Shown: piece by piece, positions 14,445 through 28,272 of the stretch
Position numbering within the stretch: position 1 is the stretch's first letter
Layout of the letters: every line of letters starts with the position of its first letter
Source: Tubiluchus corallicola
Lineage: Eukaryota; Animalia; Priapulida
Direction: 5' to 3'
Assembly: GCA_030141605.1 (NCBI GenBank)
Contig: JAQGDQ010000073.1
Coordinates: 496,001-560,000 of the forward strand
Length of the DNA stretch: 64,000 nt
Position numbers and translations under genes: made by a program
Notes under the pieces: generated by a model
What the model was told of the DNA's origin: nothing
Databases searched by the model: none
The model's input: only the letters and a program-made list of their open reading frames with translations

Positions 14445-15100
14445 CTGAGGTAAGCAAAAAATATTGAACGTTTATCTTATTGCCAAATTATAAATAGGTA
14501 CATACTTGTTAGAAAAACTTCGTCAATGTGTTAAATATTTAATGAAATGTAATCAGTGTAAAATGAAATAAAGCGTACAACAAATGCGATGTTTTGATTT
14601 AAAAACAATTCATAGTTAGTAAACATTCTCGCAAAAAAGTGTATGGTCCCTTTGCGTGTACGATGAAAGAGCCATAGTTATAGTGTATTTGTTTCGGTTA
14701 AAGTTTAGATGTAAATATAAAAATAAATTAATAAAAAATAAAGCATTCATAGCCTTAGCAAACCAAGAAAAAAAATAAATGCAAAGAAGAGCAAAGGCAT
14801 GCAGTTTATAGACAGGCTATGTAAAAAATAAAAGTTAGTAAAAAAACACGGCCTTCAAGCACTCCAAATTCTCTACTGAATTTTTGCTCAGTAGCGTCTA
14901 TGATGACTGCCAAAACAAAATAGATGTAAACATGTCTTAACACTCAGGCAACTGCAATGTTATCACCAGGTTATAAGGAAAGTGAGAACCTTTCAGTAAC
15001 CCAATGGATCTCCAACTAAACCAGAAATGACTTATTAGTAGTAAAAAGTTGTTGTTAGCTAGTTTATTGATTTTTTGGAGGTTTTACAAGAATGTCGAAC

Positions 15101-15244
15101 CTGCTGTATATTGCCCGTAAGTTGGCAAAACTTCATTGCTGCCCTCTAGTGGTTGAAGTACAGCCAGATTTTGCTGGTTTGACTGGCCAATTTTCAAGTT
15201 GTTTACTTCTTCATCGTGGTGATTGTTGTTGTTATTTTCATTTT
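15101..15244 (-). CDS. Pax2/5/8: Pax2/5/8 exon (E)NENNNNHHDEEVNNLKIGQSNQQNLAVLQPLEGSNEVLPTYGQYTA
   Basis: Acceptor actgtag, weak donor GCAG|gttcga, symmetric phase 1-1, 144 nt open. YGQYT recalls Pax8 YGQFT. Confidence 0.7.
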
Positions 15245-15729
15245 CTACAGTAATATTTACACATTAGCTTTTGCGATAGGCTAATTACAGCTTAAAATCA
15301 TTTAACTACATGTATTACTAATATGATTACATATTTTTCTTCTATTAAACAAGAATTAAAACAAATAGCGAGATACTATAGCTTGTGTAATCGAACATTT
15401 TTGCAAATGCGAAATAATTCAAAATGCGTACAAAGCATGCAAAGAGCGATAACTTCAGCCAAGCATGCTAAAATTGCAGCAAAAGATAAAAAGCGGTTAA
15501 AACATGGAACAAAATAAAATTATGGAGACATGAGTCATATGACACAAAGTATAATGTTGTAATTTTGCACTTTTTCAAATTTTTAATGAGATGTTGCTGA
15601 CCTTATCAACAGGTTTTAATGAATTTTATGACTTCTAATTACATGCTTTGCTGTACAAAAGAGCAAATTTTATTCACGTATCTCTCTTTTTAAACATTGT
15701 TAAAATGAAAAGTGGTGACAATACATTAC

Positions 15730-15912
15730 CCTGCTGAAACTGGTTTACCCCACCTCCTACATCCACCATTGATTGTATGACTTGCTTCCCTTCGCTGAGT
15801 GCCATGTTATTTGGTGACGAGTGGCCTTGACTTCGAATATGTGCTTGACCTTGTATATGACCTTGACCCAGTTGACCGTGGCTTCGTATGTGTGGATTGT
15901 GATTGAGAATAT
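15730..15912 (-). CDS. Pax2/5/8: Pax2/5/8 exon (D)ILNHNPHIRSHGQLGQGHIQGQAHIRSQGHSSPNNMALSEGKQVIQSMVDVGGGVNQFQQ
   Basis: Acceptor tttatcctgcag, donor G|gtaatg, phase 1-1, 183 nt open, GC-richer than the flanking intron. Confidence 0.8.
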
Positions 15913-16481
15913 CTGCAGGATAAATAGAAGAATTGAAATTTAAGAAATGAGAATTGTAATTAGCAGAAAAGTTCTTACATTTACATGTTTCAAATTAGAA
16001 ATCTTTGTAGTCTCTAGTTGCTGTATAATAAATAAGAATCAGTACCTAATGAAGGCGTATAAATGGAGGCTGAGTTTACTGGTGTCGTTGCAGATGATAG
16101 CGCATGCGCAGGATAGACCATTTCCTTTTCGCCTGCCATTGTTGTTGCACAGTTACTGCCATCCGTTGGTGTATATGATTGCACTGTATATATGCCTAGA
16201 AAAATCAATAGTCAAAGTTGTTTATTTGACTGAACGAACACAAACGAACGATCGAACGAACACAGAACAATCAACTAACAAGCACATACAAACAAAGAAA
16301 CAAACAAACAACCAAATAAAGGAAGAACAAATGAATGAATGAAAAACTGCATAAATAAATAAACGTGTGAATTAATATAGGAATAACAAAAATGGATGGG
16401 TCAAGTAAATGAAAGAGCGAGTGTACACACAAGTAGACAAAGGAATGAAACCACAACAATAACTCTAACGTCTGCACCAAC

Positions 16482-16554
16482 CTGTTGAAGCCACGCTATG
16501 TGCTGCAGGGCCGTCGTCTTTTTTGGTATGATGAGCTGGATTAAACTGCCATAA
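16482..16554 (-). CDS. Pax2/5/8: Pax2/5/8 exon LWQFNPAHHTKKDDGPAAHSVAST
   Basis: Acceptor ttttactaatttag, donor CAG|gttggt. Its phase 0->1 is exactly what is needed to join the 18.7-kb and 15.9-kb exons. Confidence 0.78.
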
Positions 16555-16604
16555 CTAAATTAGTAAAAAAATAAATTACCATAAGCAATAAGACAGTTCG
16601 GAAG

Positions 16605-16740
16605 TAGTTTACAATTGCCCACACAATTTAAATAGCTTAACTCCACTCTACCCTAACCCCATTGTTATCCCAACCCTAACCCTAATCCGCTTCACGAGCT
16701 AACTTTCTGTGTGTGAGAATTGTGAGTTTAGCGGACATTT
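16605..16740. mobile_element. Decayed MITE-like element with internal (CCCTAA)n
   Basis: Imperfect inverted repeat ACAATTGCCCACACA / TGTGTGAGAATTGT flanking ccctaacccc...ccctaaccctaa. Confidence 0.3.
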
Positions 16741-18675
16741 CTATTGTTACTAAAATATTTTTTATTTACTAATTAACCATACCTGTTTGCACTTTAGAAC
16801 TTTGTTTGCTTGTTACTGTTTGCTGTGTCTGTTATTGTTTTTAATTGCGTTACTTGTATTCTGAAAAGTTTTCTCTCACTGTGCAGTGTGTATTCTAACG
16901 GAAGTATTCTGCAAGTCAGATAGGGACAAAAAATTCTAACTATAATGTAGTAATAGGTTACGCATGCCACACGAATTAAATTTAGAGGACCTGCTCATTG
17001 CTGCTTAATATAAACTTATGCGTTGGATAAGGATCTTCATTTCAACACACTGGATAATGAATTATTGTTAAACAATAATATAAATTAGCACTTAATAAGA
17101 AAGCTCAACTCAGCATGTATAACATAGTTACTTTTGCTAACAAATTGTACTTAAACAAAAACTGCTCATCTTCTTGTTTTAGTATAGAAACATTGTGTTC
17201 GATAAGAATCGTATGAAATTTGTAACAATTTTCCCGTATTTGGCAATGAAAACGTGGTTAGGTTCATACAGTCTTTTACAATAGACTTCCGTTATACGTG
17301 AATATCATGTGTATGATAGTCAAGGACAGACTGCAGAACATATACAGTAAAGCAAGTTTTTATGCGAGGAAAATTATTATTTGGATAAATAATAATGTAG
17401 CAGCTGCAAAACTGAAGTGGGAAGTATAAAATGGAAGTTTTATCAGAATTTCTCGACTGTAAGCGGAAACGACAAAACTAATTGCGCAGTTGAAAAGACT
17501 AAAAACTCATTTTTCGTTTGATAATGACGTTGGGGGTAATTTATTTAAAAATAATGTTTTGTACTTTGGGAAAATTACAATGTGGTGCCTCATAATTTTA
17601 GCGAGAAATTTTCAATGAAATTTGCTATTTATTTTCCATATTAATTCTCGTTTTTTAACACATGCGTTTAAATAGAACAAATAATGTTTCGCAACTTAAC
17701 TGAAAAGGCAGTTTAACCTTTTCTTTCATGGCTACATTATTTTTTGAAACAAAAATGTAAACAATAAAAACAGCAATAACATATTTGTAAGCAAATATAT
17801 TAGCAAATAAAAAGTATTTTGAAGTTAGTAAACCTGAAATGAAGCAAGATAAAACAGGGCAAAAATGGCACCGTATATAGGCCTAATGTCACATTATGAA
17901 GCATCATTTTTATCGGGCGGCGTAATCTGCTAACAGAATGTAGATGAAGAAGCGTCGTTCAGTTATGACATGAATGATAAAACCAGCCGTCCAATTATTG
18001 ACATTTAACGGCTGCGACGTTAATGTAACATCCTGTTAATTGTTACCAGAAAAGGAAAGAGCGAATTTCAGAAGGGCAACTTTTAAGAAAATTATAACAA
18101 ACCAGAAGCGTGTTTTACTGATGTACAAAAAATTGGACTTCAAAATTATTAATGCCCGGAGAAATTGCAATTATTAGACTAGCAAATAGGAAAAGTCGAC
18201 TTACGAATTAAACCTATGCATGCAGGCATTGGTGGTTGTGACAGAACTAGCCATTACTCCACCGTGTTAGCCAAAAAAACAATTTCCAAATTGAAACTGT
18301 TAAAAAAGTTAAAAAACGTTCCCATTTCTTTTTTAAATGGCCACTATTTCATAGCAATTATGGTCAGTATGATTGTTGAAGAAGAAAGATATTAAAAACG
18401 AAAAAAGCAAGTGGTTGCTTTTTGATGCAAGGTTGGTTCCTAAACGGCACAAACTATAGAAGAAAAGTTTTGATAAAATAGCGGGGAGACCAGTAAAACA
18501 AGCTAACCTCATATCCTTCAGAGCTTTGCCAGGAATTTAAAAAATTAACCATCTCGGTTTCGAACATCCAGCAGATAAAACAAAATTATCTATCGTGGCA
18601 CTTTACGATTATGTGTTAGTAACATTACATGTATTAAGCATGAGAGCATAATTTTAGTGGAACCACTACACTAAC

Positions 18676-18782
18676 CTGTTCAGCTCCTTGTTGAAACGAG
18701 GAGAGATCTAGAGAGTATTGTTCTGCCTTTATTCTTTTTACAGCGTCTTCGCCTTCATTATTGTTATCAGCGTCTGAATTGC
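18676..18782 (-). CDS. Pax2/5/8: Pax2/5/8 exon (G)NSDADNNNEGEDAVKRIKAEQYSLDLSSFQQGAEQ
   Basis: Acceptor aag at 18785-18783, or an in-frame ttcag giving a start at 18773. Donor CAG|gttagt, phase 1->0. IKAEQ resembles Pax2 IKSEQ and Pax5 IKPEQ. Confidence 0.8.
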
Positions 18783-19674
18783 CTTCAATCAAGGAAGAAT
18801 AAATTACTTATTTTATAGATTATTTCGTTATAAATAATTTATTATAATTACGAGAAACCATTTTTAACGAAATTAATTTTTTTGGTTTTACTTCGAATAT
18901 CAGAGAAAAAAAATCTGTATTTCTGAAATATCGGATAGAGAAATCTAGTTCTGCATTAATATCTCGCAAAACATTTTTGAAGGATAATTTTTGCACAAAC
19001 AATAAACACAAAACTCGGCATCCACAGACATCAAAACTGAAATTATAATTCATTAATTATTTACCGCATGGAACAATTAGTTAACTAGTTAAAATTAAGA
19101 TGAATAATTGCAACATGAAAAGACATCATCAAAAATATAAAGTAATTACCATTCGTTTTTCAGTGTGGAAAGTTTTAAAACGTGTTTTCAGTTTATGGCC
19201 AGTCAATTAAAACAAGTAATTTATGAATGGCTAGTAATAAATTAAGAATGAAAGCCGGTAAATTTAGCACACATATTTTAATAGTAATTTTTTATAATAG
19301 ATTAATAGTGCTTTGATGGCAAATATATTTCACGCACGCATATTTCCAGCAGAAAGAATCTTGTGGAGAAAAATAGTGGACTAGCAATATAGGTAAAATA
19401 ATATCAAATAAATAATGTGCAGTAATTTTGCAATGATTAAACGATTTTCTTCACACATTACATTTCAGGTATAATGTATTATAGAATAAATGCATTATAC
19501 ATCTTATACAACTTCAGAAGAAACTTAATACATGTGCAGCATCAACTGTGTTCCCAAGTGCAAAAATCTATTTAGATGCCCTTTCTTTTATTTTTCTGTA
19601 AAGCTTTAGTGATTTTTTTTTGTGAAATTTCTTGGTTTACTTTCTGAGAATTTTCGACAAGACTTGTATTTCAG

Positions 19675-19925
19675 CATATTAGCAGCACTATCACTAGCCA
19701 AAGCATCAACATCGATACCAACATGTACAGCAACATGAATGTTTTCACCATCTTCATCATTACGATCACTGTCATAATTACTATCATCGTCGTTACTTTG
19801 CTGCACAGTGATGATAACAACAAGCTGAATATCATCATCATCAGCATTACCATCAGCATGATTATCATTGTCATTGTTATCACCGCCTCTACAATCATCA
19901 TTATTACTATTATCGTCATTGTATT
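19675..19925. repeat. Degenerate (CAT/CAC/CAG)n trinucleotide low-complexity tract
   Basis: 3-bp periodic atcatc/attacc/agcatc; gives I/M/D-rich spurious ORFs. Confidence 0.7.
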
Positions 19926-20940
19926 GTAATGCATTATTTGTTATTTATTACGTACTGGAATGGTTACAGTGCACATTAGTAAACGATATAATGTAATAGG
20001 CAGTGTATTGTATTGTACTGTATTCATCTATAAATTTCATATCATCATCATCGTCATCAATTGTTCTCAGCCAATGACCACAACAACATTAAGGGTCTTT
20101 AGGCTTTTCATCATTGTTCATACTTGGCAGGGTAGTGCAGCCGCTGTAATCTACAGCCACGTTTTAGCTGTGACGTGAATAACGTTTCAGCTGTGACTGG
20201 AATGACAGCACTGTTCAACGTTGTGCGACCAACTGGAAGATTCCCCATGACAGAGCATCGCGGTTTCGCCTGTGTAACGATGACGGCTGCAAGTTTATGG
20301 GGCTTTGAACACGCGTAACCAACTAAACACGTTGGTGACTGCATTTTAAAACAGCCGTTGTTTTTTGGTCAACCGGACCAGTGGGCAGCCAAAACGTGCG
20401 GACGTTTCAGTTTCACGGTAATCTGTAGTCAGGAATTTGCACTCAACTGCTTGAATACGATAATGGAGGGATTATTTCTATCTCTTTTCTTTTCTCTTTC
20501 AAAATCAACTATTTATCCATGTATATTTTAGGTTTGATTCAGTAACGTTCTGTATCATAACTATTTGGAATTACGAAAAATCTTCTTTTTGTAGGCTACA
20601 TTCAATTCAGTAAGAAGTGTAGAATCACGTCTTCGCATAAACTTACCAAGGGGGAAAAATTATCATTTCGATATTTTTTTAACCTTGTCACCCGAACCTT
20701 TGGTCTTTTGAAGCAAAAAGCAATGGGTTGCCAGGGTTTGCTTACATCCATCTCTGGGTTAGGTTTGATTATTACAACATCATTTGTTTTGATTTTATTG
20801 TGCGGACACTGATCAGAGGTCAGATAAACAAACATGTACACATATACGTGACCACTCCTGACGCAGTCAAGCGCATTACCACACTGTGACTACGTTGGTA
20901 AGACGAACTACTTCCATTTAATTACATACAATATACTTAC

Positions 20941-21257
20941 CTAGTTCAACTCTTTTCCGTTTTGCCTCTCCCTGTAATCCTGCGGCCATTTGCGCATTAG
21001 GGATGCCTAAAATCCCATTAATAGAGTACGACCCAGGACCCGCCCGGGCCAGCACGGCCGCATCCGGGGCCTGTGAGGGCGGAGCATGCGCAATGACTGA
21101 CGTAGTGTTGCTGAGTGGGGTGGTTCCATTCATGGGAGCAATGAGACCCGGAGGTGGTGCTGACTGCTGGAGGCTGTTCTGTTGGTGTTGCTGTTGTTGG
21201 TGGTGATGATTCATAGGCATATGCTTCGCTTTTTCTGCTGCCTTGTTTCTGACAATC
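20941..21257 (-). CDS. Pax2/5/8: Pax2/5/8 exon: end of paired domain (IVRNK), His/Gln tract, octapeptide YSINGILG, basic KRKR
   Basis: Acceptor ttttttgcag, donor G|gtaagt, phase 2->1, 317 nt. Overlaps track ORF 20918-21220. Confidence 0.95.
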
Positions 21258-24200
21258 CTGCAAAAAACGATAATTATTCAACAATTTGATATTAATTTGA
21301 AACCGATTCACTAAATTCGAAAAGAACTTTTTTGAGGTGACACTAACTTGCAAGAAATTTAATTCGAGTCACCCCATATTAAAGCCCCAGTCGGAAGTCG
21401 GCAAATTTTCTTAGTGTGCCAGAAAAAACTGAACTTGTCTGTGAGGTCGTGACACATCCGTACTCGGGATTTCGCATGACAAACCGGAAATTCAGCTCAG
21501 AAAATTACATAACTGTGTTACAACGTTAGCTATGAAGTGCAGCTACATTTTCTCAAACTTTCTTGATCTTAGCTGTGATCAATTCAGTTACTGCTGCTTA
21601 GCCATCTATATATGAATGATAAAAGTTTTTGTCGAAGCTGCCAGATTGTCTCCGTTTGTCAACCTAAAGGAATTACGCACATGTTTTTCTGCTATAGGTT
21701 TAGAGTTTAGCTCTTAGTCTTTTTGTGATGCAATGAAGTAGTTAACAGGAAGCGAAACTGACTTCACGGTTTCACAATCAAGCAACGTATGGGACACGAG
21801 GCCGCCAGGTTAATCAAGAGCGCTCAACCCTCTTCAGTCGAATCTTGAGAAAATACAGTTTATAGAAAAAATGTAAAGCACAATGCATTATGATAATTCA
21901 AAAAAAATCATTAAAACTTTGGTTCTCTTCTGCGCGATAAATTTAAACGGACATTATATTATTTTGTAGTTCTCCGCCAGGACGCTTTCTAAAGCAAGGA
22001 AGCTCCGCCCACATCAGTGTCTTTTGTTGGGACTAAAAGCCGTTAAAAGCAGCAATATTATTGAACACTGAGCGCAGGAAACGGAAATACGAAAGGCGGT
22101 ATATTAAAAAGCTGTTTGCTGTGACGCCACTAATACAGAATGACGCATACACTATTATTACCATAAGGTCACGCGTTTGATTTATAAATTTCATTTAAAA
22201 AATTATTTTATTTGGAAAATGTAAGCATTGATAAGTTTCCCAATTTTGCAGCCTGACGCTACATGACTCAAGAGTTTTTAAACGATTCAGTTTTTAGCTT
22301 TCTAACAATACAAAAGTATGCATAACGCCCAGAATACGTTTTTGTACTGCATTCTTTGAAAATTTTTTCAACCACTTTGTTATGCGGTGGCAAGTCTAGC
22401 TACACAATCACCAAATGCCTTACACGATTAAGTCGCCTTTAATCCCAACAATGACTATTTATTTACAAATCTCAGGGGATGAGATTCATGATTATACTCG
22501 CCCATTAAGACATGGACATGTGTCACATGATAACAACTTAACATTCAATATAGCTGGATTGTCTGGACATTGACAAAACTAATCCAATAAATCTACTCAT
22601 TGGACATTCTATTATAAGAGAATTATTGAAAGAAAAATAGCAGTTGTCTAATTACTGTGAACCAGAGATGATTGTATCAGCACATGTTTGTGTTTGTGTA
22701 GCTTGCGGCTTTTGTTTGTGTATTTACATTGAGATTGTTAGCGTATTACACTGATATTTTTAAAATTATTATGTATTTTTGGGTTTTTCAACGCAAAGGT
22801 GTAAAAAAATTTGTTTGCAAAACTGAATTCGGAGCCTGTGGACTCCTTTCTTAAAAATCTTAGTGGCAGTGATGTTAAAACTCGCAATATGCATGTAAAA
22901 ATTAACTGAAGAATAAAAAAAGAAGATAATTACATATTTTCACGCCTTTTCATTAATCTCAGATTGTTTTTTAACCCCAATTTATACAAAAATCATTGAG
23001 AATTTTTAATATTTTTGACGAATTTGTAACGATATATTTTATTTTACATAAAATGTTTAATCTACAATTTGTTTAAATAATTCGTGCTCTGGCAGTGTAT
23101 AAGCTGATTAATTGCCATATGCGTGCATGACTGACTGACTGACTAATTCACTGGATGCAGCCAACCAGTCTTAATTATTTTGATTTATTTTTTTTGAGAG
23201 ATACCATTGGTTATAATTAATGGTGCACTTTGCACTTAAAGTTGCAACCGCGACAGTTGCTATTCTTGTAAAAAACGGAATTCTTAAGCACTTGATATTC
23301 ATTGACTTGAAAGCTCTTGCCAACAGAGGGCACTCCAAATCAACACAGAGTTTTTGTGTCTGCACGTCCGCTTCTTCAGCCCATATGTTACGCCATTAAC
23401 TTACAATAGTGGGCAAATGTAATGTTAGCATCATGTTGAAGTAAATACATAGATTAATAATGCAAATGAAGCCACTAGAACTAATGTGGGTTCAAATGTT
23501 GCAAGAATGTCCTGCGGTGAACACTAAATGCAGATACATAAGAAAGACAAAAAACAATATAAACTATTAGTGGCTAATCTGTGTGAATCCTGATCTGTAC
23601 GAAATAATATTAAAGGACAAGAAAAGGGGTACCTAAGTGTCAGGAAAATCGCCTTAATAATTATACTACCTTAGTATACTATGTCCCGAAAACTTTCCAT
23701 ACAAAGTTATATTACTTAGCATTTCGCTTATCTGCTTGAAAGACTTGTGTGTAAATAAAAGAAAATTATTAATTATTTAAAATGTTTTCACAAAATGACA
23801 AAATGTCGTTGACTCAGCTCAAGAATGCACCACTCACTAACCGAACAACGTATTTCTAATCTTATTGACGAAATACATTAATTTAAAACTTTACTTAGTT
23901 AGTGACGTGTGCGCTACGAATTTATTTTTTTTCCGAATATTTTTTAAAACTTTACTCAGTGTTATCTAAACTTGTTTCATATGACTTATCATCAAAATGG
24001 CTGTGTCTAACGGTCACCGCAGGAGTTTAAATTTACACGTTTTATACAGCGTTACTGCTGACGCAAGCCCTGTGTGCAAAAAGGCTGTATGTAAGTGGTA
24101 TAAAATTTCAAGACGAATATTTTAAGCTTGATGTAAGTGGAGGGCTTTCAATGTTTTTTATACATTTTTGCACTTGGAATGCAGCAGTCAATGGCTTCCT

Positions 24201-25427
24201 TAATGTGGATGGTTTTAATAGGACCGGAATCTAGCTCATTATCAAGAACAATATTCTACAATGAGACGGTGAATACGTTGACAATTTAGAATCAGTTCAA
24301 AATACAAGAATGAAGAACGATTAGACGTGAACTGCATGAAACGAATGAATTTCAAGCAGCAAACAAAGACATAAAAACAAACAACTGAACAAGCCAACTA
24401 ATGACCAAAATACTTTTTTGGTTTGAAACTCCCCGAGGAGATACACCAATCAGATTCAATAATCCAGGAACAGCCTTTTAGTGGGAATGCAGAATATGAT
24501 AGTGCTGTGAGTCCCCAGCTGTCAGATATGTTACAAACACAGAGGTGTAACGACATAATGGCATTCGCGAGATCTCGCGAGATTTGTCGAGAAATCCATG
24601 ATTTTCATTAGAAGTGTCAAATTTGACGTGTGCACAGAGGAGATATCAAACGAAAGCTCCACTGGGAGCTGGAACAAGCAAGAAGTGTTCGTCGCAGGGA
24701 GACGTAGAATTCATGTATAAAACTGTACACAGATAACCTCATGGTGGAACAGTAGGCCCATCAGTGGTTCCAATAACAGATCACCAACGTGTTCTTATAA
24801 ATACTACACCTACTCTATAATATTACCAGCAAGTAAGTAAGTAACTAACTAACTGAGCATAAAAACTTGTAAAGACCGTGAAGAACAAACTCATCAAAAG
24901 AATTTTGTTGATACAGAAATCTTTTTATTTGCTTGATAGGCTGGCCTTTCTTAGCTGATTTTTTAAAGAGAATGTAATAGCAAATAGACCTATTTTTCAT
25001 CACTAAGTTACGTCTATTAGACAGCTAATTAAGACTATATTAGTGTAAATTCCTGTAAATTAGTGTGAACTAAAAAAGGAATAAATTGTCTGTATGAGTG
25101 TGCCTTCGATATCGCATTTATGTGCAAGAATGGCATACACCAAAATTAAAGAACGATTTACCAGTTTAGGCACGTAAAATGAGCAAGGTTGAAAAGTTTA
25201 AATCCTTTCTTAAAACTTATTTTTTACAAAAGAGCCATTTTAATTAATTACAATTTAATATGAATTTATAGTTTTTTGGGCTGATTTCTAGTACTTTTTA
25301 TATACATGAATTACTAATTTAGCCTTATTTATAATAGTCAATTGTGTATACACGTACTGTTTATGTTTCAGGATTTATGAATGTAAAATGCATTTATCCA
25401 TTTTAATGCATTTTAAATGCTCAATAA

Positions 25428-25590
<163 letters not shown>

Positions 25591-26318
25591 CAATGTTTCT
25601 TCTCTAGTTCATAGCAGAGAGTAATAGTTATAAGATTGATTGACCACGCATCGCTTCAGTTTACAGGTCTTTATGTATACTACAATATCAGGGGTTGATA
25701 TATATGGCGCTGTTTGTGCATCTATGAGAAATTTCAGTTTAAATGTTTTCAATAACACATTGTTAATAATCGGATTTACTGTATAATTAATCCTCGCGTT
25801 TTTTCTCTTGACGTGGGACAAACTGTTAAATTTTTACGAGCCGTGTCATCAGTGCGTAAAGAAAACAAAAATTCTTTTCATGACAAGTGATCTCTAATCA
25901 AATTTCCATGTAAAGACTCCATGTCCTGTATGAGAAACAGTTTCTTAATTTCGCTTGTGCTCGGCGTTTTATGCCAACTTTTGTTGCGTTGTTTTTTGAT
26001 GATTTCTGGTAAAAGCTGGCAGTTATGTGGCGATTAAACGACGACTTGTCGTAATCAAAGAAGTGACAGATCCGTACAGTGCACACAAGCATCACAGCCA
26101 GATGTAGCAGTTGAGTTTGCCACATTAATTAAATTCAAAGTGCCTTGTGATTCGATTTCACGAAGCCGATGTGCTTGTTCTATTAAATAATAGCCTACGA
26201 CAGCTTAGCTACCCATTAAAGAGGCGGATTAAGTAGATCTAATGCTTTAATCCTCAATCAAATGATCAGATTACATCCTTTACATTCACCGAATTTGTCC
26301 TACCTCTTAAACAATTTT

Positions 26319-26678
<360 letters not shown>

Positions 26679-27269
26679 CGGCCGTATCTTTATATGCTCC
26701 ACACTTACCTGATGCTTAATGTTGCAATTTCATGTCAATTGTACTTCCGATAGGAGTAAATTATGGATGTGCTCTCTTTACTTTGTCTCAATAAACTGAA
26801 CTATATCATAAGCAACGAAACATCGCTCGAGCAAAAGACTATTTCACAAGAATCTGTGCGTTAATTAAGCGACTGCGGTAAGCAGCAATTATCATCCTAA
26901 TGTTAACATTGCAATCTGCGGAGATTCCTGTGAATTGATTTTGCACCTGTGGGATGTTGCACCCCTTCAGTTGGTTATTGCGACGGATAACATTGTATCA
27001 TAAGAAATTGTGTTTTTCTTCTGGGCTGATTGGGGTAATGTCGTCATCATAGTAGTTTGTATTTGTGTTTTTTGTGTTATTGGTTTGCTGGTTGTTTTGA
27101 CTAGCACTTGCTATGTTCATTACTCGTAACGACGTTCTAGCTAGGAAGGTCCAGTGAAGCCCGGAAACCCGGTGAAGCATAGTAACTATTGATGACCCAT
27201 TTACCATAATATAGAGATTCTTGTGAAATAGTATAACATAAGTACTACAAAAATACATTTCGTACTTAC

Positions 27270-27467
27270 CGGTTAATAGAGCTAACACTGGGTATTGTGT
27301 CTTGATCGCAGACATTTTCCGCTAGTAGACGATCACGTATTTCCCAGGCAAACATTGTGGGATTCTCTCGCTTGTACTGTGCAATGGCGTCCACAACTTT
27401 AGGTGTCGCCACTTTTGGCTTGCTTCCGCCAATCACGCCAGGTCGTATGCTACCTGTTTCATAGTAC
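27270..27467 (-). CDS. Pax2/5/8: Pax2/5/8 paired-domain exon, linker plus RED subdomain: [66 protein letters not shown]
   Basis: Acceptor gttttag, donor CG|gtaagt, 198 nt, phase 2-2, unmistakable paired-domain sequence. Confidence 0.98.
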
Positions 27468-28021
27468 CTAAAACAATGGCAATTGGCAATTTTTAAAGCA
27501 ATTGATTCGGCTTATGTCCATGACGCCATCAAATACTTCAAATACAAAAATAATAATTTACAGCTACAGAAATCTGACACGATGATCTTTGACATAGGTA
27601 ACACGTATACTATTGGGCAAGACCTTGATTATAAAATCTAAATCTAATCTAAAAATGTAATACATTTATGCGGACAAGTATCAGACTGTTTCATGGCTCG
27701 TCTGATGTTGTTCATAGATGTTATAAAATATGAGTGGATATTATACCTAGGCCTATCTATTTGACGACCCGTGAAAAGAAACTCAAATTAAGGAATAAAC
27801 AAACACAAGCGGTTTTCACGTCTCAATAAACAGCAATTGAGAAAATACTCCAGGGTTTGTATTATTCATTACAGGCAGAAGACAAACAGGAGAGCTCACT
27901 GATTAATTGACTCGGAAGCTGTGAGTTTAACAAGCACAAATGTGAAGATTTGCCTTACAGGCCACTCGTATAATGTGAGTGAGATGGACTGTTGTGCAGT
28001 GTGAAGAAAGAAAAAAGCAAG

Positions 28022-28272
<251 letters not shown>

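Noticed and set aside
16645-16690. Interstitial telomere
   Set aside because: Only about three CCCTAA units, embedded in a MITE-like inverted repeat.
20602-20841. ORF with a gtaagt donor at about 20646 as a cassette exon
   Set aside because: Its open frame is phase 0-0. In the required phase 1 it hits a stop within five codons.
26703-26800. Strong CAG|GTAAGT donor at about 26709 (cassette exon or recursive site)
   Set aside because: No polypyrimidine tract immediately upstream, and each nearby acceptor I tried gives an in-frame stop.
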